From the IMG/VR virus record IMGVR_UViG_3300021091_005330, positions 13,652 through 77,651 of that record: 64,000 bases of DNA; one strand, given 5' to 3'. Numbering within the stretch: position 1 is the stretch's first letter; each line of letters begins with the position of its first letter. The stretch comes from a virus. The notes under the pieces are model-generated. The model worked only from the letters and a program-made list of their open reading frames with translations, did not search any database and had not been told where the DNA came from. Made by a program: the position numbers and the translations under genes. Below are positions 29,197 through 39,586 of this stretch, one piece after another.

Positions 29197-30261
29197 ATGA
29201 AATCAGTTTTAAATTTAAAAAATATAGACCATACTAAACAACCATTATTTTTTGGAGAAGATCTCAATCTACAAAGATATGATCGATTTAAATATCCTAT
29301 ATTTTTTGAGTTATTTAAAAAACAAGAAGAATTTTTTTGGTGGCCCCACGAAGTATCCTTAAACAAAGACAGAAGTGATTATAAAGAACTAGCTGGTCAA
29401 GAAAGATTTGTTTTTGATACTAATTTAAAATTTCAAACTCTTGGAGATAGTATGCTTTCTAGAAGCATTCATTCTCTTAAAGATTACGTAAGTAATCCAG
29501 AGCTTGAAATATGTATGAACACTTGGCAAAGATTTGAAGGAATTCATAGTTATTCTTATTCATATTTACTTAATAATGTGCACCCAGATGCTAGTAAATT
29601 TTTTGATAGCATTATGGAAGATAAAGAGATTACTTCTAGAGCAGAGTTAATAAAAAATAATTTTGATAAAATCCTTGGCTCAGATGAGAAAAAAGACTTA
29701 AAACAAAAAATATTTGATTGTGTTCTTTCCGTTAATGTAATGGAAGGGCTTGTGTTTTATGTATCTTTTGCTTGTTCTTTTTATTTTGGATATCGCGGCA
29801 AGATGGAAGGGAATGCCAAAATTATTAAATTTATTCAAAGAGATGAAGCCTTACATTTTGCGACTACTCAAAATATCATTAAGATATTAAAAGAAGAAGA
29901 TAAAGAAGGTTTTACTTCTATAGTAAAGAAAAGCGAAGATAAGATTTATGCATTTTATGAACAAGCTGCGAAGAATGAAATAGAGTGGGCGCAGTACCTC
30001 TTCAAGAATGGATCATTACTTGGATTAAATGCTGAAGTTTTAGGGGGATATGCAAAATGGTTATGCGACAACAGATTAAGATCTTTAGGATATAAAAAGA
30101 TTTTTAATCAAAAAGATAATCCTATAGCTGGTTGGATGGATAGCTATATGGATAGTAGTAAGGTACAAACTGCTCCACAAGAGACAGAGCTACAATCTTA
30201 TAAAATAGGAGCTAGAAAAACCGATATATCTGATAACGATTTTAATGATTTAAAATTATAA
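29197..30261 (+). CDS. nrdB: class Ia ribonucleotide reductase beta subunit
   Basis: FWWP.E, FQTLGDS, E.IHSYSY (radical Tyr), EGLVFY.SF, RDEALH, APQETE; GTGTAA 9 nt upstream. Confidence 0.96.
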   Translation: MKSVLNLKNIDHTKQPLFFGEDLNLQRYDRFKYPIFFELFKKQEEFFWWPHEVSLNKDRSDYKELAGQERFVFDTNLKFQTLGDSMLSRSIHSLKDYVSNPELEICMNTWQRFEGIHSYSYSYLLNNVHPDASKFFDSIMEDKEITSRAELIKNNFDKILGSDEKKDLKQKIFDCVLSVNVMEGLVFYVSFACSFYFGYRGKMEGNAKIIKFIQRDEALHFATTQNIIKILKEEDKEGFTSIVKKSEDKIYAFYEQAAKNEIEWAQYLFKNGSLLGLNAEVLGGYAKWLCDNRLRSLGYKKIFNQKDNPIAGWMDSYMDSSKVQTAPQETELQSYKIGARKTDISDNDFNDLKL

Positions 30262-30302
30262 TTTTACATATAATATTAATTCCCATTAGTGTAATTATTT
30301 AT

Positions 30303-30638
30303 ATGGAACATCTTCAGTGGTTATTAAATATATCTTTTGGAATTGGAGCCTTTCTTGCAGGATGGGTATTTACCCGTCTTTTTTCTATGATGGATAATCA
30401 AGATAAATTAATGAAAGATATAAATGACAAAACTTTCACAGATTTTATTACTTTAAGAAAAGAAGTAGAAGCAGAAAGCAGAAAACATCAACAAGATATA
30501 TCTGATTTAGCATTAAAAATAAGCACTACTTATGTTACAAAAGAGTCGTTTGAGATATATTTTGATAGGATAGAAGCTAAATTAGATAGAAATTTTGAAA
30601 TTATTCAACAGCATTTAATCAATAAAAATAAACATTAA
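30303..30638 (+). CDS. N-terminal TM plus coiled-coil protein (holin/XhlA-like candidate)
   Basis: One hydrophobic helix, YVTKE.F...RIE.KLD tail; GTGTAA 8 nt upstream. Confidence 0.45.
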   Translation: MEHLQWLLNISFGIGAFLAGWVFTRLFSMMDNQDKLMKDINDKTFTDFITLRKEVEAESRKHQQDISDLALKISTTYVTKESFEIYFDRIEAKLDRNFEIIQQHLINKNKH

Positions 30639-31414
30639 CTATATAGTTTATCTATTTTACCTCTCATAGAAACTTTTGAATAATTTTTAACTTGTTCGTC
30701 TATTGGCATCAGCTCATTATTATTATTTAGCTGAAAAAATTGTTTAGCTAAATGCATTTTAGGGTCGAACATATAAATATTTAACATTGGATTGCATATC
30801 ATAGATATGTCAATCTCATTAACCATAGGAATCATTTTGGTTAAGACTTTATTTATATTTTCACCTTTAATTAAATATGCATGACATCCTATGCCTGGAT
30901 AATCCGGCCATGGAGGATTGTAAACGCCTTGGAAAACATTATGTTTTTGAAAATTTATTTTTTTAACTTTAGTAGAATATATTTCATTATCTTTGTAATT
31001 AAAATTCTCTTCTGTTAGGGTATCTAGAAAGCAAATATCATAGTTATTTGGTATACTATTGGTTATTATATTTAATATATTTCTATTTACGACTACATCA
31101 TCTTCTAAAATTAAGAAATCTTCATTTCCTAAAGCTTGATTTTTTTTTACTTTATCTTGTATATTTTTCCACATTTTAATATGAGATAAGGCTGCCCCAG
31201 CCGACCATTTAACTTTCTTTAATCTTCCATATAAAAATGCACCACTTAAATTCGGGTTTTTTAATTCATCGTCCAGCAATGCTCCATTAATTCCATCGAA
31301 ATAAATTATTTCGTATTTATTTAAATTAGCTTCTTTTATATAGTTTTTTATTACTTCTAATCTATCTTGACATTCTTTAAAATGTTTAGCTAAAGTTAGT
31401 ACATATATGATCAT
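30635..31414 (-). CDS. GT25 glycosyltransferase
   Basis: YVLTL, FDGING, GAALSH..MW, LILEDD, G.HAYLI. Confidence 0.85.
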   Translation of the reverse strand: MIIYVLTLAKHFKECQDRLEVIKNYIKEANLNKYEIIYFDGINGALLDDELKNPNLSGAFLYGRLKKVKWSAGAALSHIKMWKNIQDKVKKNQALGNEDFLILEDDVVVNRNILNIITNSIPNNYDICFLDTLTEENFNYKDNEIYSTKVKKINFQKHNVFQGVYNPPWPDYPGIGCHAYLIKGENINKVLTKMIPMVNEIDISMICNPMLNIYMFDPKMHLAKQFFQLNNNNELMPIDEQVKNYSKVSMRGKIDKLYS

Positions 31415-31419
31415 ATATG

Positions 31420-31767
31420 TTAATTTTCTAAAGTAGGATGTCTTTTATTTTTTCTTTTTTTCTTCCACCCTTGTAAATATTTCTTTTTTAGTGGATCTTC
31501 TCCATATATTTTTTTTCTTTTTTCAGAAAGTTCAGAGCTTCTATCCATTAGATCACCGATAGTACCTTTTTTATTTTTTGTAAATTCAGAAAATTGTTTT
31601 TCTGTGCAATTAACATCAAGAGTACCTTCTGTATTTAATTGAGGAATCGTAAATACTCTTTCCCACTTAACACCTTCTTTATCAATGTATTCGTGTGTCT
31701 CATGAATACTTTGAATTATTTCTATGATTTTTTTAGTAGTGGGATGCTGATATATATATTGAGGCAT
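31420..31767 (-). CDS. FmdB-like protein lacking the zinc-ribbon cysteines
   Basis: MPQYIYQHP...IE.IQSI.E.H......W.RVF..P mirrors the FmdB MP.YEY.C..C pattern. Confidence 0.5.
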   Translation of the reverse strand: MPQYIYQHPTTKKIIEIIQSIHETHEYIDKEGVKWERVFTIPQLNTEGTLDVNCTEKQFSEFTKNKKGTIGDLMDRSSELSEKRKKIYGEDPLKKKYLQGWKKKRKNKRHPTLEN

Positions 31768-32864
31768 TATTTATTTATAATATTTATAATATTATCATAC
31801 ATTTTTTTATCAGAGAAAGATTCTTGTAATTTTAATCCTTCTGTATTAATTGGATCTTTTTCTACTTTTTCTATTGCTTTTTCGCAACCATGTATGAATT
31901 CTTCTTCATCAAAATCGTATATATGTCCTTGATTAAATGGGATATCTTTTTTGAAGAACATATTATCATACGCTTCTATTTTATCCTTACTAGGGTTTAC
32001 TAATATAGAATTGTTTTCATTAGCCCATCCTTTGTATCCGTGAGCATTCATAATAATTCCATGTTTACCTAACGCAACAGAATGAAACTCGGGTAAACCC
32101 CAACCTTCGCCGCCACTCATACCAATTATAATATTCGCACTATTTAGAAAATCATTGTACGCCGTATTTTTTTCCATCATGCCTAAGAAAGATATATTAA
32201 AATATTTATTTCCTTCTAAAATATTTAAAATAAGATTCTGTTGATCTTCAATTTTTAAAAACGGATTAAATATAGCGCACTGTAAGAAATATTTTTTATT
32301 ATTTCCAAATTTTTTAATCCATGATTTTATTATTTTCTGATGTCTTTTTCTTTTTTCTAATTTGCCACATAGATTGAAAACTATTCTTCCATCTTGAAAA
32401 TACTTTTTTGATGTCTGTTTAAAATTGTAATGATCAAACGCTAATGGTACGTAATGCACATTTTTACAGCCCTTAGATCTAAAATTTTCTACCGAAAATT
32501 CAGAACTAAATATTACATTTTTTTGATTTGCTACGATGTTTACTTCTTCTTTTGTTGGAGCATCTAATTCGTAGAATGTGAATAAATTTTGTTCTTTAGA
32601 AAGACTCTCTAAAGAACCGTTAAGATGCCATAATTTAAAATTAGGATTATTTCTATCATGCCTACTTAATGATATAGAAATTTTATTTTCTATCCATTTT
32701 ATAAAATTAGGATTGATAGATTCTTGAGCTGATAAATCTATTTGATTTCCTATAACAAATAAATCAGGATCTACCTTACTATCAAGAAGAAAATTTCTCA
32801 ATAATAAGGTAGAAACCTGACCAAAACTTACAGAATTAACTGGAAGATTTAGACAAATTCTCAC
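31767..32864 (-). CDS. GT4-like glycosyltransferase
   Basis: SFGQV, GKLEKRK, SGGEGWGLPEF. Confidence 0.85.
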   Translation of the reverse strand: MRICLNLPVNSVSFGQVSTLLLRNFLLDSKVDPDLFVIGNQIDLSAQESINPNFIKWIENKISISLSRHDRNNPNFKLWHLNGSLESLSKEQNLFTFYELDAPTKEEVNIVANQKNVIFSSEFSVENFRSKGCKNVHYVPLAFDHYNFKQTSKKYFQDGRIVFNLCGKLEKRKRHQKIIKSWIKKFGNNKKYFLQCAIFNPFLKIEDQQNLILNILEGNKYFNISFLGMMEKNTAYNDFLNSANIIIGMSGGEGWGLPEFHSVALGKHGIIMNAHGYKGWANENNSILVNPSKDKIEAYDNMFFKKDIPFNQGHIYDFDEEEFIHGCEKAIEKVEKDPINTEGLKLQESFSDKKMYDNIINIINK

Positions 32865-33181
32865 AATAGAGATTCGTCGCTTTCTTCTACAACTTCCTTA
32901 GTTTTTTTAACAGAAGCAGTTACTTTTTTAGCAACTACTGGTTCGTTAGATGATTTTGTAGTTTCTAATGGTTTAGAAATATAGATTCTATAATCGGGAG
33001 CTTTTTCATTATTGTTTTTATTCTTATTAGAAAATACAACAATTTTTAGCTCTTTTTCAATACCTAATTCGTCTACTTTTACATAGCCAGATAGATACTT
33101 TTGACTTTGTCCTTCTCTTTTCCAGAGAGCTCCAATATCTCTTTTTGACCATTCATTTTGTGTTTTATTATTTGTATTCAT
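32861..33181 (-). CDS. DUF736-like small (ssDNA-binding-like) protein
   Basis: IGALWKR....YLSG...N..K..EKAPDYRI, acidic tail. Confidence 0.6.
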   Translation of the reverse strand: MNTNNKTQNEWSKRDIGALWKREGQSQKYLSGYVKVDELGIEKELKIVVFSNKNKNNNEKAPDYRIYISKPLETTKSSNEPVVAKKVTASVKKTKEVVEESDESLL

Positions 33182-33217
33182 ATATACTTACCTTTCGTTG
33201 TTTATTTTTTTGTCCTT

Positions 33218-33829
33218 TTAAATAGTATCATAAAGTTTGTCACTTTCTAATTTATTTTTAAGAAATTTTAAAGTTTTGTTATGCAAATTTATGACTGTTT
33301 GCGTACTGACTTTTAGTTTCTTAGCGATTTTACTCCATGATACATTTTTTTTATCAGAAAAATATCTTATTTTAAATATTTTTTCTATTCTTTTGTCTTT
33401 TAATTTAGATAATATATTAAATATATATTCATAATTTTCTTTGTGAATAATTTTAAATATCTCTAAAGACTGCTTTTGTTCAATAATATTTTTAATATTT
33501 TCATGATCCATAGATATTGAAGAGTTATTTTTATTCATAGAATTTAAACAATAAAATCTCATTTGATTACCTACCCAAGTAGAAAATTTAATATTTTTTG
33601 TAGGATCAAAATTTAGTGCAGATTTATACATAACATAATCTTTCTCTTTCGCTAATTCATTTGGGTCTACTCCCACGGAAGATAAAGCATTATAATATTT
33701 TTTAATCATAGAGAAACATACTCCGCTATGTCTTTGTTCTAGTTCTTTCATTGCTTCGCTGCAATTCTTACATTTTACTTCTTCTACAAGATCTAAATCG
33801 TTTTTAAGTTTGTATATTGAGTTTTCCAT
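33218..33829 (-). CDS. phage sigma-70 family RNA polymerase sigma factor
   Basis: Region 2 A.NFDPTK..KFSTW; region 4 HTH RYF.....SWSKIAKKL.VS.QTV. Confidence 0.85.
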   Translation of the reverse strand: MENSIYKLKNDLDLVEEVKCKNCSEAMKELEQRHSGVCFSMIKKYYNALSSVGVDPNELAKEKDYVMYKSALNFDPTKNIKFSTWVGNQMRFYCLNSMNKNNSSISMDHENIKNIIEQKQSLEIFKIIHKENYEYIFNILSKLKDKRIEKIFKIRYFSDKKNVSWSKIAKKLKVSTQTVINLHNKTLKFLKNKLESDKLYDTI

Positions 33830-34409
33830 ATATTTGTTCTAGAAATTTTAAATGCTCATAATAAAGAGCATCATTATTTTCTTCCGTTCTCCATGTTAAT
33901 TTTAAGTCAGCCATATTTTTTATCTTTACATCGTTTTCTTTTTCTTCTATATTTGCTGGTGGTATTAAATTACCATTAAGATCTAATCTTGAAATATGAA
34001 TTAAAATGCCATTTTTATTTTTAAGCCAATAGTATTCGTCTTCTGGATATTCCATATACCTAATGTCAGTTATTATTGGTATAATATTTTTTGATATTAA
34101 TCTCTCTAATTCATCCTCTACTTTCTGTGTCCAGTGTGTCCCTTTAGATATAGATCTTCTTATTTTTCCATATGAAACCATGATTGGTCTAACGAGAGAT
34201 TTTTCTTCTGCTGTAGATTTAGTTATATCAATTAAAAATTTATCTAAGATAAAATCTTTTAAATCATTTTTTAAATTATCAGCAAGAGCAATTCTTTTAG
34301 AAATTATATTTTTTTGGCTTAGATATCTAGCAATCATATTACAAAGAGTATCTTTTCCAGATGTAGCTACTCCAGATATTCCAATTAGTTTAATTATATT
34401 TTTTGACAT
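33804..34409 (-). CDS. deoxynucleoside monophosphate kinase
   Basis: IGISG...SGKDT, ALAD.LK, R..MV.YG..RR, ITDIRY. Confidence 0.85.
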   Translation of the reverse strand: MSKNIIKLIGISGVATSGKDTLCNMIARYLSQKNIISKRIALADNLKNDLKDFILDKFLIDITKSTAEEKSLVRPIMVSYGKIRRSISKGTHWTQKVEDELERLISKNIIPIITDIRYMEYPEDEYYWLKNKNGILIHISRLDLNGNLIPPANIEEKENDVKIKNMADLKLTWRTEENNDALYYEHLKFLEQIYGKLNIQT

Positions 34410-34801
34410 TTTATGTTATAAAATTTGAAAATATCTTTAGAAGAGCAGTCGTGTTCATACTCTTCTGAGTATACAACATGTTTTATTCCATAGCAAGCTA
34501 TTAAATTAGCGCAATAACCGCAAGGAAGAAGTGTCACATATATAAAATATGGATTATCATATCTAGATATGCAAGATAAAGCATTTACCTCTGCATGTAT
34601 CATATACCCTCTTCTTGTGTTTCTATTGGTCCAAAACGATTTCTTTACATTTTTATTTTGAATTAAACCATTATATCCAGTAGATAATATTCTTCCTTCA
34701 TCATTTAATACTACTGCTCCTACTTTTCTGTGAGGGTCTTCTGATGTAGACGCTATCTGTAAGCCTATTTTCTTAGCCATTAATATAAATTTTTCTTTCA
34801 T
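34394..34801 (-). CDS. dCMP deaminase
   Basis: S.DP..KVGA, STGYNG, HAEVNA, PCGYC. Confidence 0.92.
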   Translation of the reverse strand: MKEKFILMAKKIGLQIASTSEDPHRKVGAVVLNDEGRILSTGYNGLIQNKNVKKSFWTNRNTRRGYMIHAEVNALSCISRYDNPYFIYVTLLPCGYCANLIACYGIKHVVYSEEYEHDCSSKDIFKFYNIKCQKI

Positions 34802-34849
34802 TAAAAATATTTGAAACCTATTCTATTTTAAATATAATTTATTGTCAAG

Positions 34850-35191
34850 ATGATAGATATATTAAATCAAATAAGTCTTATAATTTTTATACTAGTTATC
34901 TGGTTCAAAACAGAAGCTTTTTTAGAATACTCTAGCTTATTTAAACTAGATAAATTATTTAAAATAGATCAGTTTAAAGAATACAAGAAAATTAATATAT
35001 CTATAGATTATATAACTTATTTATCTGTAAAACATAAAAATTTCTTTACCAAACTAATTAGCTGCCCTTATTGCATAGGCTTTTGGGTTGTACTACTCTC
35101 TTGTTTATTATTTAATAATATTTTATTCTTGCCATTTTATTATGTTTTTGGTATTGTTGTGTATAAAATATTAGATAAATATATATTATGA
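34850..35191 (+). CDS. small membrane protein with CxxC (DUF1360-like)
   Basis: LISCPYCIGFW between hydrophobic helices. Confidence 0.55.
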   Translation: MIDILNQISLIIFILVIWFKTEAFLEYSSLFKLDKLFKIDQFKEYKKINISIDYITYLSVKHKNFFTKLISCPYCIGFWVVLLSCLLFNNILFLPFYYVFGIVVYKILDKYIL

Positions 35192-35472
35192 AAACCATAT
35201 TGATAGGATCACTAGAGCACCTATATGATTTACTTGTGAATAATGAAGACATAATTTACAAAGATGGAAGAATGGCTATAATCAAAGATTATCTTGATGC
35301 GGCGTATACTGGATGTTCTTGTCAAAGAAAAAATAATGAAGGTAAAGCATTTGAAATTGTAAAGTCTTTAAAAGATACAATAAATCAAACAGTTCTAAAG
35401 GAATTAAAAGATAAAAATCAGGCAGAAAAAATAATTTTTCAATTTGAAAACGTACTTTCATTCGAATTGTAA
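35188..35472 (+). CDS. hypothetical protein (GCSC motif)
   Basis: ORF coupled to both neighbours. Confidence 0.6.
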   Translation: MKTILIGSLEHLYDLLVNNEDIIYKDGRMAIIKDYLDAAYTGCSCQRKNNEGKAFEIVKSLKDTINQTVLKELKDKNQAEKIIFQFENVLSFEL

Positions 35473-36488
35473 TGGATATTTACTTTTTTCAATGGATATC
35501 TGAACTCGGTGGAGCAGATACAAGACTTAAAGATTTAATTAAATTATTCAGTAATAATACAAATTTTAATTTACATTCAATACCAAATGATAGTTTTAGA
35601 TTAAAAGAGAAGCATAATGTAGATTTTCTAAAATCTCATAATGTAAAAATTTTAAGTTGGGACGAGCTTCCATATAAACTTAATGGCTTTGCAATTTCTT
35701 TTTGTAATTTTAAATTATTTTTAGATAGGTGGAGACTAGAAAGAATTAAACAGTCTGGATTAAAATTTATATGGTCAAACGATATGACTTGGAGACTAGA
35801 AGAAGAAGTCTCAGCTATTCAAAATGGATGCGTAGATGCACTTTTATATATAGATGAATACCATAGAGACAATCTCTTAAAAGAAAAATATGATTCGCAT
35901 AAATCTTTTTTTATAGAAAATTATTTTGATATTGAATCGTATCCGTTAATTAATAGAAGTAATGATATTTTTTCCGTAGGTAAACACAGCAGACCAGATT
36001 ATTTGAAATTTTCTGATGATTTTCCGCAGGTTTATGATTTAGGTCTTAACTCGGTAAAATATAAAATAATGGGAGTCCATAAAAATTTTAAAGAAAGATT
36101 TAGTTGGTTTAAATTCGATGATAAGTGGGATTTGATGGAAGCAAATACTCAACCTACATTAGAATTTTTAAAATCACTAGACCTATACATGTATAATAGT
36201 CATCATTCATTTACGGAAACTCAATGTAGAGCGACAATAGAATCTATGCTGACAGGCTTACCTGTCATTGCTCCTAAAAAACATAACTTTTTAAAACAAA
36301 TTATTCATAATCAAACTGGATTTTTATTTAATTCGGCAGAAGAATCTAAACAATACGCTAAAGAATTAGCTAGGAATAATAGCTTAAGATATCGAATGGG
36401 TAAAGAAGCTAGAGAGCTTAATAAAAGTTTATGGTGCAATGAGCAAAAACATTTAGAAAAATGGCAAAAAATATTTAATGCTATATGA
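35472..36488 (+). CDS. GT4 glycosyltransferase
   Basis: GGADT, GKHSR...KF, ET..RA.IESM..GLPVI, I.H..TGFL. Confidence 0.85.
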   Translation: MDIYFFQWISELGGADTRLKDLIKLFSNNTNFNLHSIPNDSFRLKEKHNVDFLKSHNVKILSWDELPYKLNGFAISFCNFKLFLDRWRLERIKQSGLKFIWSNDMTWRLEEEVSAIQNGCVDALLYIDEYHRDNLLKEKYDSHKSFFIENYFDIESYPLINRSNDIFSVGKHSRPDYLKFSDDFPQVYDLGLNSVKYKIMGVHKNFKERFSWFKFDDKWDLMEANTQPTLEFLKSLDLYMYNSHHSFTETQCRATIESMLTGLPVIAPKKHNFLKQIIHNQTGFLFNSAEESKQYAKELARNNSLRYRMGKEARELNKSLWCNEQKHLEKWQKIFNAI

Positions 36489-37285
36489 AAATTTGTTATT
36501 GGACTATAGCTTACGGAGAATACGCTTATATGGCTCAAGCTCTTATCGATTCTTTTAATAGACACGAAATTCATGGAGACTTTCTTTGTTATTCAAATCT
36601 AGAACTTAAAAATTGCATCAATAAAAGCATAGATAAAGATATATCTTTAGACCTAAACTCTTATTTATTTAAATTTTTATATTTAAATAAATTAAAAGAT
36701 TTTGATTATGATTATTTTATTTTTTTAGATTGCGATTCTTTCTTTGTTAGAAAACCAGAGATTGGTATATCTTATATTATTGAAGATGGAGTTCCTTGGC
36801 ATTCTTTTTTAGAAAGTCCAATAAATTCGTATAAAACACTTAGAAGAGATTGGTGGGGCGTAGAAGTTAATGATCTTACTACATTTTATAGAGAACTAGG
36901 AGTTAATCACGAAGAAATAAGAAATACAAACGCTGGATTCTGGATCTGCAAAAAAGATTTTATAGACGAAGCAATAAACTTAGGAATGAAATGCTATAAT
37001 TATATTTCAAATAAAGGATATAAAATAACAGAAGAAATCCCTATGGCTTATATAGCTAATATAGTTAGCAAAAAAGTAGAGAAAAGATTTCATGATTATT
37101 ATTTTAATTATTGGGCTTCTGATTGGACGGGTGCATTTAGGAACATTATTCCATATAACAAAGCTTGGGAATATGAGTCTTATATGACTACTGAAAAATA
37201 TATTATACAACCAGCCTTAATCCACGCTATGAGAAGTAAAAGAGCTTTAATTGATCTTGGCAAAAATATCTTGACCCAATCATAA
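36485..37285 (+). CDS. GT-A fold nucleotide-diphospho-sugar transferase
   Basis: TIA.G.Y..MA.AL, FK, YDYFIFLDCD, NAGFW. Confidence 0.7.
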   Translation: MKICYWTIAYGEYAYMAQALIDSFNRHEIHGDFLCYSNLELKNCINKSIDKDISLDLNSYLFKFLYLNKLKDFDYDYFIFLDCDSFFVRKPEIGISYIIEDGVPWHSFLESPINSYKTLRRDWWGVEVNDLTTFYRELGVNHEEIRNTNAGFWICKKDFIDEAINLGMKCYNYISNKGYKITEEIPMAYIANIVSKKVEKRFHDYYFNYWASDWTGAFRNIIPYNKAWEYESYMTTEKYIIQPALIHAMRSKRALIDLGKNILTQS

Positions 37286-37299
37286 ATATAAAATAAAAT
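37271..37299 (+). promoter_or_regulatory. sigma70-like promoter, leaderless geometry
   Basis: TTGACC-N17-TAAAAT-N7-ATG(37307). Confidence 0.65.
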
Positions 37300-37306
37300 T
37301 GTTCTT

Positions 37307-38410
37307 ATGTTTAATTTTAAAGAATCAATAGGTTACGATGATATTTGTTTGTTACCAAACTTTTCAGATATTGTTTCCAGAAAAGAGGTTAATACGATAA
37401 CTAAAATAAGTAGGACAAAATATATAGATTATCCAATAATTATATCTCCTATGGATACTGTCTCTTCAGTTAAAGGCTGTATTAAAATAAATAAATTAGG
37501 TGGAGCAGGAGTTTTGCATAGATTTATGTCCGTAGAAGAGCAAGCAGCAAAAGCGAAAAGAATAAAAGATGAAAGCGGTTTTTGTATTACTGCAATAGGT
37601 TTAAAAGATTTTCACGAAAGGGTAGAAGCCACTAAAAATTATACAGATATTTATTTTCTAGACACAGCGAACGGTCTATCTAAAAATGTCGAAGACTTTT
37701 TAATTCAATTCAAAACTGCTAGTTATAATCAAGATATTATCGTTGGTAATACTCTCACTAAAGAAAGCGTCTATAGATTAGCTAATTTAAAAGCTGATGG
37801 CTTTAGGCATTTAATAGGCCCTGGGAGTATGTGTTTGACCCAAATGAAAACTGGAATAGGTTGTCCTAGCGTTACTGGATTGTATTATGCATGGAAAGCT
37901 GCAAGAAATTGGCAACTAGCTAATTTAGATTATTTTAGACACGAAAACATTAGCGATGATAATCGCCCTAGTATTTTAGCGGATGGTGGCATAAGATATC
38001 CAAAAGATCTTGTGAAAGCTATAGCTAGTGGAGCAGACGCTGTAATTTGTGGAAGAATTTTTGCTGGACTAAGTGATATAGTTGATGAAGAAAATATTGT
38101 AAAAAGGGGAGGAAAGTATTATGCTAAATATAGAGGAATGGCTAGCAAAGATGTTGTTGAAGATTATGATTTATCCGATGGCTCAAAACAAAATCTTTTT
38201 GTAGAAGGAGATACTACGCTAATTCCTTTGATCACCAACAAAACCTTAGAGGATGTAGTATTTGATTTCGTTAATGGTTTAAGAAGTGCCATGAGTTATC
38301 TTGGATTTAGAAATATTCAAGAGATGCGCGGTGGGTTATGGACAGAAAAAATTAGAGCCATAAGAGTAACACCTAACAGTCTGTACGAAGGTTTCTCTCA
38401 TGGTAAATAA
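37307..38410 (+). CDS. IMPDH/GMP reductase family enzyme, probably GMP reductase (no CBS domain)
   Basis: YDD..L.P, SPMDTV, GVLHRF, D.ANG, IGPGSMC.T, ADGGIR, YRGMAS...LFVEG; no Arg-Tyr flap dyad. Confidence 0.85.
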   Translation: MFNFKESIGYDDICLLPNFSDIVSRKEVNTITKISRTKYIDYPIIISPMDTVSSVKGCIKINKLGGAGVLHRFMSVEEQAAKAKRIKDESGFCITAIGLKDFHERVEATKNYTDIYFLDTANGLSKNVEDFLIQFKTASYNQDIIVGNTLTKESVYRLANLKADGFRHLIGPGSMCLTQMKTGIGCPSVTGLYYAWKAARNWQLANLDYFRHENISDDNRPSILADGGIRYPKDLVKAIASGADAVICGRIFAGLSDIVDEENIVKRGGKYYAKYRGMASKDVVEDYDLSDGSKQNLFVEGDTTLIPLITNKTLEDVVFDFVNGLRSAMSYLGFRNIQEMRGGLWTEKIRAIRVTPNSLYEGFSHGK

Positions 38411-39059
38411 ATATTTAATAATTTCAGACATTCATCTTGGAGACAAAGATTCAAAACCAGAAGTATTACTAAAAGTATTAAAAAAATATAAAGCTAAAAA
38501 TATTATTATTGCTGGTGATCTTTTCGACCATCATAATTTAAAAAGATTAAAAAAGAATCATTGGAAAGTATTGTCACAATTAAGAAAACTAAGCAAGAAA
38601 TCAAAAGTAATTTATTTAATAGGCAATCATTGTTTTCTTAATTCAGAGTTTATGAGCATCTTATTAGGATTTGATTGTAGAGACGAATTAGAAATAGAAT
38701 TAAACGGAAAAAAGATTTTAATAGTTCACGGCGATATATTTGATATATATTTTACAAAGTATAAATGGATTAGTAATCTTATAATTAAAATATATTATTG
38801 TGCTAGAAAAACTATTATAGGAGAGATATTCTTTGATATTTTCAAACACCATACTAAAAATTTTGTTGAAAAAAGCGGAAAAATAAAATACAACGCTCTC
38901 AAATATATAAAAGAGAATGGATACGATAAAGTTATATATGGGCATAGTCACATCCCTGATCATGATGACAAATGTATTAATACAGGAAGCTTTTGCGAAG
39001 AAAAATGTTCGTTTGTTTTAATTAATAAAAAGAATGAAATTTTGTTAAATTATTTATGA
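38400..39059 (+). CDS. LpxH-like metallophosphoesterase
   Basis: ISDIHLG, GDLFD, GNHC, HGD..D, GHSH.P, NTGSF. Confidence 0.8.
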   Translation: MVNKYLIISDIHLGDKDSKPEVLLKVLKKYKAKNIIIAGDLFDHHNLKRLKKNHWKVLSQLRKLSKKSKVIYLIGNHCFLNSEFMSILLGFDCRDELEIELNGKKILIVHGDIFDIYFTKYKWISNLIIKIYYCARKTIIGEIFFDIFKHHTKNFVEKSGKIKYNALKYIKENGYDKVIYGHSHIPDHDDKCINTGSFCEEKCSFVLINKKNEILLNYL

Positions 39060-39571
39060 TTGTTAGCGTAGAAAACTTATTAGATTTTAATTGCTGTAAT
39101 AATTTAATATCTATTTATAAAGATAACAGCGATAAAAGTAAACTATGGGGAACCTCTTTCCCATTAAATGTTTTTCAAATACCTTTTCGCAAACAACAAA
39201 ATTATATTTTCGAAGTAAAAAATTTTATTAAAAATTTTGCTGTGAATTTCTATAAAGAAAATTTAATAGAAGAACATATAGATATTGTGAAGTGGCCTAA
39301 TGATTCATATCAGAATTACCATTTAGACACAGCAAGAAATACTACAGTTTTAACTTCTATATCTTATTTAAATGATGATTTTCAAGGAGGAGAAACCATT
39401 ATAAATACAGAAGAAAAAGCTGTGAAAATTGTTCCCACTAAGGGTAAAACAGTATTTTTTGATGGTTTAAAATACTTGCATTGCGTAAATAAGGTTTTTG
39501 GAGAAAGATATGTTTTGGCTATATGGTATAAAAGTTTAAATTTAAAAAATATTGACTTTAAAGCTACTTAA
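39056..39571 (+). CDS. prolyl-4-hydroxylase-like 2OG-Fe(II) oxygenase
   Basis: HLD, YLNDDFQGGET, LHCV..V..ERY....W. Confidence 0.88.
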   Translation: MIVSVENLLDFNCCNNLISIYKDNSDKSKLWGTSFPLNVFQIPFRKQQNYIFEVKNFIKNFAVNFYKENLIEEHIDIVKWPNDSYQNYHLDTARNTTVLTSISYLNDDFQGGETIINTEEKAVKIVPTKGKTVFFDGLKYLHCVNKVFGERYVLAIWYKSLNLKNIDFKAT

Positions 39572-39580
39572 TGGTATTAT
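39552..39580 (+). promoter_or_regulatory. sigma70-like promoter, leaderless geometry
   Basis: TTGACT-N17-TATTAT-N6-ATG(39587). Confidence 0.7.
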
Positions 39581-39586
39581 TTAAAA

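Noticed and set aside
10666-30261. Inteins or group I introns in dnaE, dnaB, recA, thyX, nrdA or nrdB
   Set aside because: Proteins have ordinary lengths, continuous motifs and no intein junction or LAGLIDADG signatures
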